From a bacterium (GTDB lineage: Bacteria; Hinthialibacterota; Hinthialibacteria; Hinthialibacterales; Hinthialibacteraceae), in assembly GCA_963662285.2 (NCBI GenBank), contig CAXXMV010000001.1, forward strand, positions 32,001-96,000: a stretch of DNA of 64,000 nucleotides. The letters run 5' to 3'. The position numbers and the translations under genes were made by a program. The notes beneath the pieces are model-generated. The model worked only from the letters and a program-made list of their open reading frames with translations, was not told the origin of the DNA and made no database searches. Positions 18,947 to 29,490 of this stretch are shown one piece after another. The first letter of the stretch is position 1. Each line of letters begins with the position of its first letter.

Positions 18947-21397
18947 GTGATGTTCAAAAAACATTCTATTTTATTATGCTTTAGAAATATTTGTTTGGGA
19001 TTGACGATTATCGTTATCGCCTCACAGGCTTATGCTGCTGAAGCATCCAAACCAAAGAGTAAAATGGATTATCCCGTCCAGCCCGCGCCGTTTACTGCGG
19101 TTCATTTTGATGACCAATTCTGGAAACCGCGCATCGAAACCAACCGAACCATTACCATTCCTTTTGCTCTTGAAAAATGCGAGACCCATGGCCGTATGGA
19201 TAACTTTTCTATCGCTGGAGGATTGATGGAAGGAGAACACAAAGGCGATTTCCCTTTCGACGATACTGATCCATACAAAATCATGGAAGGCGCCTCTTAT
19301 GTGCTATCCATTAAAGATGATAAAAAACTGGAAGCCTACCTGGACGAGATTATCGCCAAGATCGCCAGCGCCCAGGAAGATGACGGATATCTCTATACTT
19401 GCCGCACCAATGGTTATGAAAAACTGAATGGCTGGATGGGGGATGAACGTTGGACGAACTTACAAGGAAGCCATGAACTATATAACGCCGGGCACATGTA
19501 TGAAGCGGCGGTTGCGCATTATACGGCGACCGGCAAGCGCTCGTTCCTGGATATCGCCATCAAGAACGCCAATCTGATATACCAGACATTCGGCCCGGAT
19601 AAAATTCAAATGCCCCCCGGTCATCAGATCATCGAAATGGGCTTGGCGCGTCTTTACCGCGCTACCGGAGACGAGCGTTATCTTGAATTAGCCAAATTCT
19701 TTCTGGATATGCGCGGAGTGGCCAGCAAAGACCGTGAGATATGGGGGCCTTACAACCAGGATCACCTTCCAGTAATCGAGCAGGATGAAGCGGTGGGACA
19801 TGCGGTGCGGGCGACTTACATGTATGCCGGCATGGCCGATATCGCGGCGCTTACAGGAGACAAGGCTTATATCAAAGCAATTGACCGGCTGTGGGATAAT
19901 GTGGTTTATAAAAAACTCTATCTAACCGGAGGCGTGGGCGCCAAGAGTGATGGCGAGGCGTTTGGGCAGAACTATGAACTGCCCAACATGAGCGCTTATT
20001 GCGAAACATGCGCCGCGATTGGCAATGTTTATTGGAACCATCGCTTGTTCCTGTTGCACGCGGACGCCAAGTATATCGATGTGATGGAGCGCACCTTGTA
20101 TAATGCGCTTATCTCAGGAGTTTCGCTGGATGGCAAGAAATTCTTCTATCCCAATCCACTGGAGTCGCATGGGCAACATGAACGAAGCCCCTGGTTTGGC
20201 TGCGCCTGCTGTCCTGGTAATATTACCCGCTTCATGGCATCGATCCCCGGTTATATGTACGCCGTGCAAGATGACAGTCTGTTCGTCAATTTGTATGCTG
20301 AGAGTCATGCGGATATCCAATTAGATAAACAAACAGTTAAAATCGAACAGAAGACTGATTACCCCTGGGATGGAAAAATGACGCTAAGCGTTCAACCAGA
20401 AAAGGCTGGTGAGTTTTCCATCAAGTTACGCATCCCCGGCTGGGCGCAAAACCAACCTGTTCCGAGCGACCTCTATACTTTCTTGAATAAAAATGATGAA
20501 AAATTCACCCTTAAAGTAAACAACAAAGTGATGCAATCTGAGGTTAAAAATGGTTATGTCACTATTCAGCGGCGATGGGAAAAAGGCGATGCTATCGAGT
20601 TGAATCTGCCTATGCCGATTAGGCGCGTCATCGCCCATAAAAATGTTGAGAGCGATACCGGAAGAGTGGCGCTGCAACGCGGGCCAATGGTTTATTGCGC
20701 CGAATGGCCCGATAATCCAGACGGTCATGTTATAAATTTACAGTTATTAGATGGCACTGCGCTGCATACAAAATCCCGACCAGAACTGTTTGATGGCGTA
20801 CAAGTTATTTGCGGAAAAAGTTTGGCTTATCAATATGGCAAGGACAAAAAAGTGATTAAGTCTCCAGAACAGGAATTTACCGCCATTCCATATTACGCCT
20901 GGGCGCATAGAGGCAAGGGAGAAATGGCGGTCTGGTTGGCCAGAGAAGAGACTGCGGTTAGACCATTGGCCGGCCCTACCATTGCATCTAAAAGCAAGGT
21001 GACAACCTCCGGCGGGAAAACGCCTCACGCCATGAATGATCAACGCGATCCCCGGACTTCAGGCGATCACAGCGTCGAGTTTTTTCATTGGTGGCCTAAA
21101 AAGGGAACAACTGAATGGGTGCAATACGATTTTGACGCTGCACAGGAAGTATCAACCGTGGAGGTCTATTGGTTTGATGATACGGGACGTGGGGAATGCC
21201 GGGTTCCAGAATCATGGCGCATCCTATACCTTTCCGGCGACCAATGGAAACCTGTATGGACGAAAGAACTATTAACTGTAGACAAAGACAAGTTTAATAA
21301 AGTTGTCTTTGAAACCGTGAAAACAAAATCCTTGCGTTTGGAAGTAAAACTGCAAGATAAGTTTTCCGCAGGCATTCATGAATGGCGCGTGAAATAA
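18947..21397 (+). CDS. glycoside hydrolase family 127 (beta-L-arabinofuranosidase-like) with C-terminal discoidin-like domain
   Basis: SHELYNAGHMYEAAVAH, GHAVRATY, YCETCAAIG, FFYPNPL, CACCPGN. Confidence 0.93.
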   Translation: MMFKKHSILLCFRNICLGLTIIVIASQAYAAEASKPKSKMDYPVQPAPFTAVHFDDQFWKPRIETNRTITIPFALEKCETHGRMDNFSIAGGLMEGEHKGDFPFDDTDPYKIMEGASYVLSIKDDKKLEAYLDEIIAKIASAQEDDGYLYTCRTNGYEKLNGWMGDERWTNLQGSHELYNAGHMYEAAVAHYTATGKRSFLDIAIKNANLIYQTFGPDKIQMPPGHQIIEMGLARLYRATGDERYLELAKFFLDMRGVASKDREIWGPYNQDHLPVIEQDEAVGHAVRATYMYAGMADIAALTGDKAYIKAIDRLWDNVVYKKLYLTGGVGAKSDGEAFGQNYELPNMSAYCETCAAIGNVYWNHRLFLLHADAKYIDVMERTLYNALISGVSLDGKKFFYPNPLESHGQHERSPWFGCACCPGNITRFMASIPGYMYAVQDDSLFVNLYAESHADIQLDKQTVKIEQKTDYPWDGKMTLSVQPEKAGEFSIKLRIPGWAQNQPVPSDLYTFLNKNDEKFTLKVNNKVMQSEVKNGYVTIQRRWEKGDAIELNLPMPIRRVIAHKNVESDTGRVALQRGPMVYCAEWPDNPDGHVINLQLLDGTALHTKSRPELFDGVQVICGKSLAYQYGKDKKVIKSPEQEFTAIPYYAWAHRGKGEMAVWLAREETAVRPLAGPTIASKSKVTTSGGKTPHAMNDQRDPRTSGDHSVEFFHWWPKKGTTEWVQYDFDAAQEVSTVEVYWFDDTGRGECRVPESWRILYLSGDQWKPVWTKELLTVDKDKFNKVVFETVKTKSLRLEVKLQDKFSAGIHEWRVK

Positions 21398-21420
21398 ATC
21401 GACAAAAGTGGAGTATAAAA

Positions 21421-23055
21421 ATGCAAACTACCCGACGAAATTTCTTAAGAACAACCGCTGGCGCTGTAGGATTAGCATCCATACCGGGCTTGGCCTGTCA
21501 ATCAGCCCAAGCGGGAAAAACAGATAAACCTAATATTCTGCTTATTATGGCGGATGATATGGGATATGCAGACGCCCAATGTTATGGCGGCGACGTGCGC
21601 ACTCCCAACCTGTCGGCTTTAGCGAATAACGGCGTCCGGTTTACGCAGCATTATTCAACCGGGCGCTGCTGGCCATCAAGAGCCTGCATCTTATCGGGCT
21701 ATTACGCCCAGAACATACGCCGCGACGTTATGCCTGGAATCAAAATGGGGAACCGTCCAGCCTGGGCGCCTTTGCTTCCAGAAATGCTGAAGCCGCACGG
21801 ATACCAGTCGTATCATTCCGGCAAATGGCATATAGATGGAACGCCCAAAGATAGCGGCTTCAAGCGTTCATGGGGCAGCGAAAGAAGCGGCGCCGACTGG
21901 GATCGATTTTTTAATACCCAGGCATGGAAAGAGGATGAGTTCACTGCGCCGACCAAGCCGGGAGAGCAGTATTACTCCACCGTGGCCATCGCCGATCACG
22001 CCATCCAGTGCCTTAAACTACACGAACGGGATTACAGGGATCAACCGTTCTTCCAATACATGGCATTCTATTCACCGCATTTTCCACTTCATGCTTTGCA
22101 GAAGGATATTGATTCTTACCGTGACGCTTATCTTGAAGGATGGGATGTAATAAGAGAGCGGCGCTGGAAACGCATGAAAGAGATGGGCTTGATCAATGCT
22201 CCCCTTTCTGAACGCGAGACGGATGTGGTTCCCAGTTGGAATCTCAAGCCTGATGAATTGAAAGAGCAAATCGGTCCGGGCGAAGCCTCTCATGCGGTTG
22301 CCTGGAATACGCTTACCCAAGAGCAAAAAGAATTTCAAGCCAACAAAATGGCCATCCATGCTGCTATGATTACGCGCATGGATTTGGAGATTGGCCGCGT
22401 GGTCCAGCACCTTAAAGATACTGGCGCCTACGAGAATACGTTGGTTATGTTCATGAGCGACAATGGCGCCAGCGCGGAACAGTTAATCCGGGGCGGCGGA
22501 CATGATCCAAGTGCGCCTATGGGTTCAGCCAAAAGTTATTTATGCTTAGGACCGGGCTGGTCTACCGCCGCCAATACGCCATTCAGATTCCATAAGCACT
22601 GGAACCATGAAGGCGGCATCTCTTCACCCATGATCGCCCATTGGCCCAAGGGAATTTCCGCCAAAGGTGAACTACGTCATAATCCGACTCATTTCATTGA
22701 CATCGTTCCAACAATTATGGAACTGGCGGGAGACGCTGAACCGCATACCAATAAGATTCAAGGCGCCCCTGAGCGACCGGGGATCAGTTTGGTTCCGGCA
22801 TTCGCCAAAGATGGAACGGTCAAACACAAAAGTTTGTGGTGGTGTCATCAAGGCAACCGCGCCATCCGTATGGGAGATTGGAAACTATCAGGCCGCAAAG
22901 GCAAAGACGGCAAGTGGGAACTCTATAATCTCAAAGTGGATCGCAGCGAGACCAACGACCTGGCATCAGTTCATCCAGATAAAGTCGAGACGCTATCCAA
23001 GCAATGGGATAGTATAGCAGAGAGATTTCTTGAGGATTTAAGTTCCACCCGGTAG
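21421..23055 (+). CDS. arylsulfatase (Cys-type, Tat-exported)
   Basis: TRRNFL Tat motif; PNILLIMADDMG; CWPSR (CxPxR); GKWH; SDNG. Confidence 0.93.
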   Translation: MQTTRRNFLRTTAGAVGLASIPGLACQSAQAGKTDKPNILLIMADDMGYADAQCYGGDVRTPNLSALANNGVRFTQHYSTGRCWPSRACILSGYYAQNIRRDVMPGIKMGNRPAWAPLLPEMLKPHGYQSYHSGKWHIDGTPKDSGFKRSWGSERSGADWDRFFNTQAWKEDEFTAPTKPGEQYYSTVAIADHAIQCLKLHERDYRDQPFFQYMAFYSPHFPLHALQKDIDSYRDAYLEGWDVIRERRWKRMKEMGLINAPLSERETDVVPSWNLKPDELKEQIGPGEASHAVAWNTLTQEQKEFQANKMAIHAAMITRMDLEIGRVVQHLKDTGAYENTLVMFMSDNGASAEQLIRGGGHDPSAPMGSAKSYLCLGPGWSTAANTPFRFHKHWNHEGGISSPMIAHWPKGISAKGELRHNPTHFIDIVPTIMELAGDAEPHTNKIQGAPERPGISLVPAFAKDGTVKHKSLWWCHQGNRAIRMGDWKLSGRKGKDGKWELYNLKVDRSETNDLASVHPDKVETLSKQWDSIAERFLEDLSSTR

Positions 23056-23122
23056 GGTGTACCGCGCCTATACGACCCACTGGATCAATTATTACCAGTG
23101 GGTCGATGAAGCGCGACTCTAC
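23052..23122. repeat. inverted GTAG-REP doublet (REPIN-like)
   Basis: gtaggg...cgacccactgg N11 ccagtgggtcg...ctctac. Confidence 0.75.
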
Positions 23123-23144
23123 TTGACTGAGAAGGTATAAACAC

Positions 23145-24054
23145 ATGCAAATAAAATTTGGATACTACCCACGACACTGCGATATTCACATAAAAGATAT
23201 CAGCATCGTAGACCTTCCCGATCAAAAACAAATCGTCACTAAAATAGAAAAAAGCCGAACGATTCATAAAGACTGGCTTTACGCCCCCCCCATGTCAGAA
23301 AGAAGATTTCTTTAGTGGCAAAACAAATACATTACCATATAATCATCGTATATTTGGTTTACCAAAAACACACATTTTGACCCACAACAGTGCAGATATC
23401 GTTGATCATTTAGACTTTCTTGTCTGGTGTTTCGGTTTTTTTACTGGAATGCGCCTTACTACGACCGAAGCAGGATTCCTTGACGCCACACCGATCAAAC
23501 CTGGAAAATTAACCGATTTCATACTGTCAAACTGTACTCTATCGGACGCTATTTCCCTATCAGAAACATTTTGGCAAAAACACTATCAAGACAATCGTAA
23601 GGTTAAACGAATAGTGGGAATCATTCACACTTTATTTCTCGCTCAGTATCCCATCAATTTAGAATTTGAGAGGTTCACATATCTATACAACGCGCTTGAC
23701 GCTTGCTTTAAACTGACAAAATCGGTATATGAGGACAAAGGCTCGCCATCATCTCACGCAAAACGGATTCATTGGATGTGTGATATATTCGAGATGGAAA
23801 CACCAGATTGGGCATTACTGAACGCTAATGAGACCGAAATTTCAGTAGTTCGCAATAAAACATTTCATGAGAGTCTTTTCTTCGAGGAACCACTTGGATT
23901 TGCCATTTATGACGACAGCAAGAATGATAATGTGCTACTGGAAATGGAAGCCCTTATCTGTCGACTGATTATTGCGTTGCTTGGCAAACCAAAATGCAAT
24001 TATGTTAAAACTCCAGTCAATACCCGACAGATACATGGATGTGATCTCACCTAA
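23145..24054 (+). pseudogene. hypothetical HEPN-like protein gene, frameshifted in a C8 run (23284-23291)
   Basis: ATG 23145 frame (MQIKFGYYP...DWLYAPP) joins the 23377 frame (QKEDFF...LPYNHRIFGLPKTH) if one C is removed; C-terminal RNKTFH (Rx4H). Confidence 0.65.
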
Positions 24055-24117
24055 TTACCTTTGTATCGTTAGTTTTGTACTCTTCCCTTTCAACAACATA
24101 AACTAATTAACGAGAAG

Positions 24118-24315
24118 ATGGACTGCGCTTTGCTTTTTAGCCCCTACATTTTGAGCCATGACGGGTGGCAAGGGCAAGGCGTAGCCAGCCCTTGCGGTCT
24201 ATCCAATATCGCAGGTAATCGCATCAAAAGCTGACCGCAATACGGTCTTGCCCTTGGCGCCCAGCATACAAGAGGTAGCTTTGGTGGGCTACGCTTCGCT
24301 TTTAGCCCACCCTAC
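24118..24315. repeat. cluster of REP-like palindromes
   Basis: Hairpins at 24163-24195 and 24224-24264, and ggtgggctacgcttcgcttttagcccaccctac at 24283-24315 (identical copy at 47537-47569). Confidence 0.8.
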
Positions 24316-25442
24316 ATGCTTAGCCATGTTTTGAAAGCGGGCGTCTGATATAGTCTCTGGGCTAGGAGGTCGTAACCTTCCGCCAGGGGGTGGCTGGTGT
24401 CGGCGTAGAGTGGGCTGGGCAGCGGTTCCGGAACGCAATAGGCGATTTTTGACTCTTTCAACCATTGCTCGAATTGAACCTTCAGTTTGCGGTATGTTGC
24501 TAAACTGCTTTCGTCAAGAATGTGTTCATTGAATGGTCCGACCATTACGAAGACTTGATTACCCCGCTGCTTCAAGGTTTGCGTGGTTTGCTTGAAGGCT
24601 TCCCATTGCAGTGAAGTTTCCAATTCTACCCAGGGGAAACTCTGGGTCTGTTTTCCATTGACTTCCCACGAGATCGGTTTGTGCCGCAGAGCATCCTCTG
24701 GATCGTTTCCGATGGATGCGAATTGGCTTAATGGATTGGTGTAGGGATGCTCCAGGGTCCAGGATGGTAAATCCTGATCTTTGAAATAGACTGCGCGCAG
24801 GTGATTCACCCAACTCAAGAAGGGGATATAACGCTCGATGACGGCGTTGAGCCGTTCAGAAAAAGTCGCCCGGTAACATGGAATCCTGGTTAAGAACTGG
24901 GGAACCAGCCGTGGGTGATTGAAATTAAACTCTTTATCGATCTGTAAATCATGCCGGGGCGAGCTCATCCACAGTGGATTGAAATGCAGAAAGACGCGCG
25001 AATCCCTGATGGCTCTGCCATAGTATTTCGTCAATCCCGCCAAGGCCACCGGATGAGTGCCGTTGACGCCGAGATTGGCGTAGAGAGCGGAGCCTTGAGT
25101 CTGGTCCAGGAAATGCGGCAGGGTTTGATCGCTCAAGACGTATTCACCCCACACCACCGAATCGCCGATCAGCAGGATTTTTTTCTCTTTGGTTTGCGCT
25201 GCGCAACAACGATGATACACCCAATAATCATTGCTCAATTCATAAGGTATACGGTAATCGTTTACTCTATCGAATGGAGACAAGACGCCCCATAGAATTG
25301 GCGTGAAGATTAAGAATCCTCCGACGATTATGAAAACGATCATCCATTCACGCAGTGATAAGCGCACCAGATGCGAACCATAGGCTACATCGGGGACTTT
25401 GGCGTAGTTTATTTTTGAGGTTGCTGTAGTGGTTGTTTGCAT
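24312..25442 (-). CDS. membrane-anchored SGNH-like protein (AlgJ/DltD/PatB-type partner of MBOAT)
   Basis: TM helix; LLIGDSV, NLGVNG, ADTSHP (DxxH). Confidence 0.7.
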   Translation of the reverse strand: MQTTTTATSKINYAKVPDVAYGSHLVRLSLREWMIVFIIVGGFLIFTPILWGVLSPFDRVNDYRIPYELSNDYWVYHRCCAAQTKEKKILLIGDSVVWGEYVLSDQTLPHFLDQTQGSALYANLGVNGTHPVALAGLTKYYGRAIRDSRVFLHFNPLWMSSPRHDLQIDKEFNFNHPRLVPQFLTRIPCYRATFSERLNAVIERYIPFLSWVNHLRAVYFKDQDLPSWTLEHPYTNPLSQFASIGNDPEDALRHKPISWEVNGKQTQSFPWVELETSLQWEAFKQTTQTLKQRGNQVFVMVGPFNEHILDESSLATYRKLKVQFEQWLKESKIAYCVPEPLPSPLYADTSHPLAEGYDLLAQRLYQTPAFKTWLSM

Positions 25443-25582
25443 GGTTTCGTTCTTCTTTATTAAGATTCTATTTGTTCGACCTGTGTTTTGCCAGGCAGTG
25501 TTTTTTTAATTTTTCCTCATCCTAGACCAATCCCGGAGGATTGATCTTCCTGGAGTGGTTTTGAGATATATAGGTGATCGCA

Positions 25583-25681
25583 TCAAGGGCTGACCGCATT
25601 GCGGTCTTGCCCTTGGCACCCAGGCTTTTTTTATCTATGGTTACTGCGTTTTACCGGGCGCCCACAAGAGGCGCACCCTAC
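25583..25681. repeat. REP-like composite matching 30-99
   Basis: tcaagggctgaccgcattgcggtcttgcccttggcacccag ... gggcgcccacaagaggcgcaccctac. Confidence 0.75.
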
Positions 25682-25701
25682 ATTATTATCTAGACAGAGT
25701 A

Positions 25702-27078
25702 TTAAAATTGAAAATAGATAAAGGGCTGTTCAGCCGATCCTGCGAAAATCAAGATATATAGGATCATGAAAATAACTAACGACACCCGCACAGTGCGCCA
25801 TTCAATTACCTGTTTCCAGGATGATTCAAATAGATGCTGGTAAATAGTTACGCCCAGCACCAAGACCAGCGCCACTAGTGGAAACGCCGGATCAGATAGA
25901 CTGGTAGTGAAGATGCGCTTGATAATCAGCAACGCGTCGTTCATGGTTTCCGCCCTAAAGAAAATCCAGGTGAAATTGACGAAGATGAATACCCATAACT
26001 GTTTGAACAAACGGGGCACGCTCTCTTTATACCAGACGTTGCGCTCCAACTCGCGGGTCAGCATTGTTCCAACCGCGTGCAGTGCGCCCCAGACGATAAA
26101 GGTCCAGCCCGCGCCGTGCCAGAACCCGGACACGACCATGGTAATAAACACATTGCGGTAGATCATGAAGGTTCCACGCCGGTTGCCGCCTAGTGGAATG
26201 TAGACGTAATCCTTGAACCAGGTGGAAAGGCTGATATGCCAGCGCGCCCAGAAATCGCCGATGCCGGTGGCCAGGTAGGGATTGTTGAAATTGAGCATCA
26301 AGCGGAATCCCATCATCCGCGCCACGCCCCGCGCCATGTCAGTGTAACCGCTGAAATCGAAATATATCTGCCAGGCGAAAGCGAAGGTTCCCAGAATCAA
26401 AGCGGGAGAATCGAAGCCGCCGGGATTGGCGTAAATGCGGTCGGCGTATATGGCCAGATAGTTGGCCAACGCCACTTTTTTGAAAAGCCCCAGGATGAAT
26501 AGAGACATACCGTCTGAGACATCCGTCTTGGTAATTTTCGGAACGCCCTGCAATTGGGGCAACAGGTTTTTAGCCCGCTCAATGGGTCCTGCGACCAACT
26601 GGGGAAACAGGGAGACGAAGGCGGCGAAACGGATGAAACTCGGTTCGCGTTCGATCTGCCCCCGGTAGTAGTCGATTGTGTAACTCATCGATTGGAAGGT
26701 ATAAAACGAAATCCCCACCGGCAGCAGCACATCCGGCGCGGGCAGTTGATAAGCCAAGCCCAAGGCGCCGAGAACCACATTCAGGTTATCAGTCACGAAG
26801 ACGCTGTACTTGAAGAAACCCAAGAGACCGAGGTTGTTGAAGACGCTGACCATCAACCACATTTTTTTGCGCGAGCTCTGCGCCATGCGGTTGACCACCA
26901 CATAATCCAGCAGTGTCGAATAGACGATCAGCCCCAGGTAGAGCGGATTCCACCAGGCGTAGAAGACATACGAGATCAGCAGCAGCCAGGGCATGCAGAA
27001 GCGGGTATTCTTCACTGCCAGATAGATGGGATAGACGATCAGGAAAAAAATCAGAAACGGCCAAGTGTGAAATAACAT
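25702..27078 (-). CDS. MBOAT O-acyltransferase (AlgI/PatA-like)
   Basis: LPVGISFYTFQSMSY, FPQLVAGPIER, DFSGYTDMA, FWARWHISLSTW, SGFWHGA. Confidence 0.95.
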   Translation of the reverse strand: MLFHTWPFLIFFLIVYPIYLAVKNTRFCMPWLLLISYVFYAWWNPLYLGLIVYSTLLDYVVVNRMAQSSRKKMWLMVSVFNNLGLLGFFKYSVFVTDNLNVVLGALGLAYQLPAPDVLLPVGISFYTFQSMSYTIDYYRGQIEREPSFIRFAAFVSLFPQLVAGPIERAKNLLPQLQGVPKITKTDVSDGMSLFILGLFKKVALANYLAIYADRIYANPGGFDSPALILGTFAFAWQIYFDFSGYTDMARGVARMMGFRLMLNFNNPYLATGIGDFWARWHISLSTWFKDYVYIPLGGNRRGTFMIYRNVFITMVVSGFWHGAGWTFIVWGALHAVGTMLTRELERNVWYKESVPRLFKQLWVFIFVNFTWIFFRAETMNDALLIIKRIFTTSLSDPAFPLVALVLVLGVTIYQHLFESSWKQVIEWRTVRVSLVIFMILYILIFAGSAEQPFIYFQF

Positions 27079-27230
27079 TAATGTTTACCTAAGATAATAT
27101 TATTAACTTATGTTGTTTTAACATCTCCCTCACCCTAACCCTCTCCCAGCGGGAGAGGGGACAATAGGGTTAACATAATGACATTACACTTGAGAGAAAA
27201 TGGGGTAAATCTAAAAACAACTTTTAATCC

Positions 27231-28109
27231 TCACTGAGCAAGCAGCGCAAGTTCCTTATCGGACAAGCGCCTTACGCAGCGGAAGCCGTAAGTATCCTGC
27301 GCGAAGCAGGCGTCGGTGATTCCAGGGACATCCGAAACGCGGTATGACGAGCGGCAGGCTTCTGCGCTGGAATTCCATGCCCCGCCCCGCAGCACCCGTT
27401 CCTTGCCAGCCGCTGGTCCACGTGGATCGGTCTTGGGGCTATTCTTGTAATAATCGACGTCATACACGTCATAACACCACTCGAATACATTGCCGTGCAT
27501 ATCGTACAAGCCGAACGCGTTGGGTTTGCGTGAACCGGTTTTTAATGTTCGCTTATTCGAGTTATTGGCGTAGCAGGCGCGCGACGCCAGTTTCTGGGGG
27601 TCGCCGCCGAAATCGTAATCCGTACTTGATCCCGCACGGCAGGCGTATTCCCATTCGGCTTCGGTGGGCAGGCGGTAACCGCTTGCCTGGAAATTACAGG
27701 CGAACGAGAGTTCATCGTAGCATGGCTCAAGCCCATCCACTTGCGAGCGGGCGTTGCAGAACATGGCCGCATCCGACCAGCGCACCTGTTCGACCGGATT
27801 GTCCGACCCCTTAAAATGAGAGGGATCGGAGAGCATCAGTTCTTCATAGATTCTCTGAATAACCTCACGCCGATCCATGACGAAGGGCGAAACCGTAACC
27901 TCATGAGAGGGGCCTTCATCGGGATTGCCGCCGTCCTTGCCCATGACGAACGTCCCGCCTGGGATCAGAACCATTTCGAGTCCTGATGCGTCTTTAATGA
28001 CTTGGATCGACGCGGTTGTGGACGACGAGTCATCCCCGCAGTGCTGCAAAAGAACTATGGAAAAGACCAAAAGAATTAAGTTGGTATATTTAATATTTAT
28101 ATTCTTCAA
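27231..28109 (-). CDS. formylglycine-generating-enzyme-fold (SUMF1-like) protein, probable lipoprotein
   Basis: LLQHC lipobox-like; YRLPTEAEWEYACRAG, NAFGLYDMHGNVFEW, RVLRGG, GFRC. Confidence 0.88.
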   Translation of the reverse strand: MKNINIKYTNLILLVFSIVLLQHCGDDSSSTTASIQVIKDASGLEMVLIPGGTFVMGKDGGNPDEGPSHEVTVSPFVMDRREVIQRIYEELMLSDPSHFKGSDNPVEQVRWSDAAMFCNARSQVDGLEPCYDELSFACNFQASGYRLPTEAEWEYACRAGSSTDYDFGGDPQKLASRACYANNSNKRTLKTGSRKPNAFGLYDMHGNVFEWCYDVYDVDYYKNSPKTDPRGPAAGKERVLRGGAWNSSAEACRSSYRVSDVPGITDACFAQDTYGFRCVRRLSDKELALLAQ

Positions 28110-28127
28110 TGTCTGCTGCCTCTCATT

Positions 28128-29174
28128 TTATTTAGCGGGAACAAACCAGTCGGATTCTTTGAATGTTCCTAAGCCGGGGGTTAATTCAGCATACACTCGC
28201 TCGCCCGTAACTGGAGTAACGCATAATCCCCATTGCCCTCTTACGCCTACCAGTTCAGCAATGCCCAGGTTGGTTCCCGGTCCATCCGCTTCGGTGCGTC
28301 CTCCCGGCCCGCGGCTATAGCAAATATATTTCCCGTCCGGCGACCATTCGGTATGGTAAACATGCTTATCGTCTACGATGACGTTCCGTTGATTGGAAAC
28401 CTTGGGAACGGATGATTCCAGATCGATATCCGCCACGGCGATAATATTATCGGATAATCCCCAGGCGATCTGTTTTCCATCGGGGCTGAGGTCTGGCCGA
28501 CAACCGTCAAGCCCCAGGTCATAGACCTTGCCGCCATTCACTTCAATCGCCAGGTTGGTGTGTTGATACCCCATTCCGGCGTGGACGGTGGCGACTATCC
28601 ATTGGCCGTTTTTCGACCAGCAGATGTTGTAGAGATGGTGGATATCTTTATTGGGATGCTCGCGGGTTTCTTTGGTTTCTGTGTTATAGAAAACGATTCC
28701 CTGCGTCGCGAAATCATTGATTTGGAATTTATCGTATTTGCTTTTGAGATAGGCGATGGTTTTGCTATCGGGTCCCCAACAGGCTTGCCGGGCGCGTTGG
28801 GCGACTTTGGTTCGTCCCGTACCGTCCATATTCATCATATAGACGTAGCGAATCTTGGCGCCACTTTTCTCTTCATCCACTGTGAAACAGATTTTAGTTC
28901 CATCGGGGGAGACGTGGGGATACATTTCGTGAACGTCAGGCGTCTTGGTCAGATTAACTGGATTGGAACCGTCCGCGTTCATAACGAATAGTTCCCAATT
29001 ATTTTCTTGATAGGTTTCATATACGATTTTAGATTCAGCGTTCTTCAGCTTATCGAGCAGATCCGGAGATAGTTTCATGATACTCTCTGGGGCTTTTTCA
29101 TCGCTGGAAAAAACCGGATTCAGAATAACCATGAGCAAAAACATTGAAATCATTGATCTCTTTAACATAACCAT
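28128..29174 (-). CDS. TolB-like beta-propeller (PD40 repeats) secreted protein
   Basis: Signal peptide; LFVMNADGSNPVNLT; repeated SPDG motifs. Confidence 0.85.
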   Translation of the reverse strand: MVMLKRSMISMFLLMVILNPVFSSDEKAPESIMKLSPDLLDKLKNAESKIVYETYQENNWELFVMNADGSNPVNLTKTPDVHEMYPHVSPDGTKICFTVDEEKSGAKIRYVYMMNMDGTGRTKVAQRARQACWGPDSKTIAYLKSKYDKFQINDFATQGIVFYNTETKETREHPNKDIHHLYNICWSKNGQWIVATVHAGMGYQHTNLAIEVNGGKVYDLGLDGCRPDLSPDGKQIAWGLSDNIIAVADIDLESSVPKVSNQRNVIVDDKHVYHTEWSPDGKYICYSRGPGGRTEADGPGTNLGIAELVGVRGQWGLCVTPVTGERVYAELTPGLGTFKESDWFVPAK

Positions 29175-29490
29175 TCTCCATAAACTTTACATAATGTGAT
29201 TCGTAATAAATTTGAGTAACTTGCATAATAACATTCTTCTTTGTTTTTGGAAAAGCCTGCAAGGATGAACTTTTTAACGAGAATTCTGCATAGAGTGGTT
29301 TTTATGATAAACTTTTGATTTCTGAGTGGAATTGTTTTTTAACCTGGCATGGCAAACACATACGGAAGAATTGTCTCGAATTTCTTAAGCATGTCTATCA
29401 ACATGAGTTAGTAATCACACTAGATGTAATGCCAAAGTGAAATTGATAGTTTAGTTTTCATAATAACATTCTGATTAGCAATTAAACGCT

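Noticed and set aside
27231-28109. Sulfatase-maturing FGE for the sulfatase at 21421
   Set aside because: Lacks the catalytic RGGSxxCxxxxC cysteine pair, looks like a lipoprotein and belongs to a different operon.
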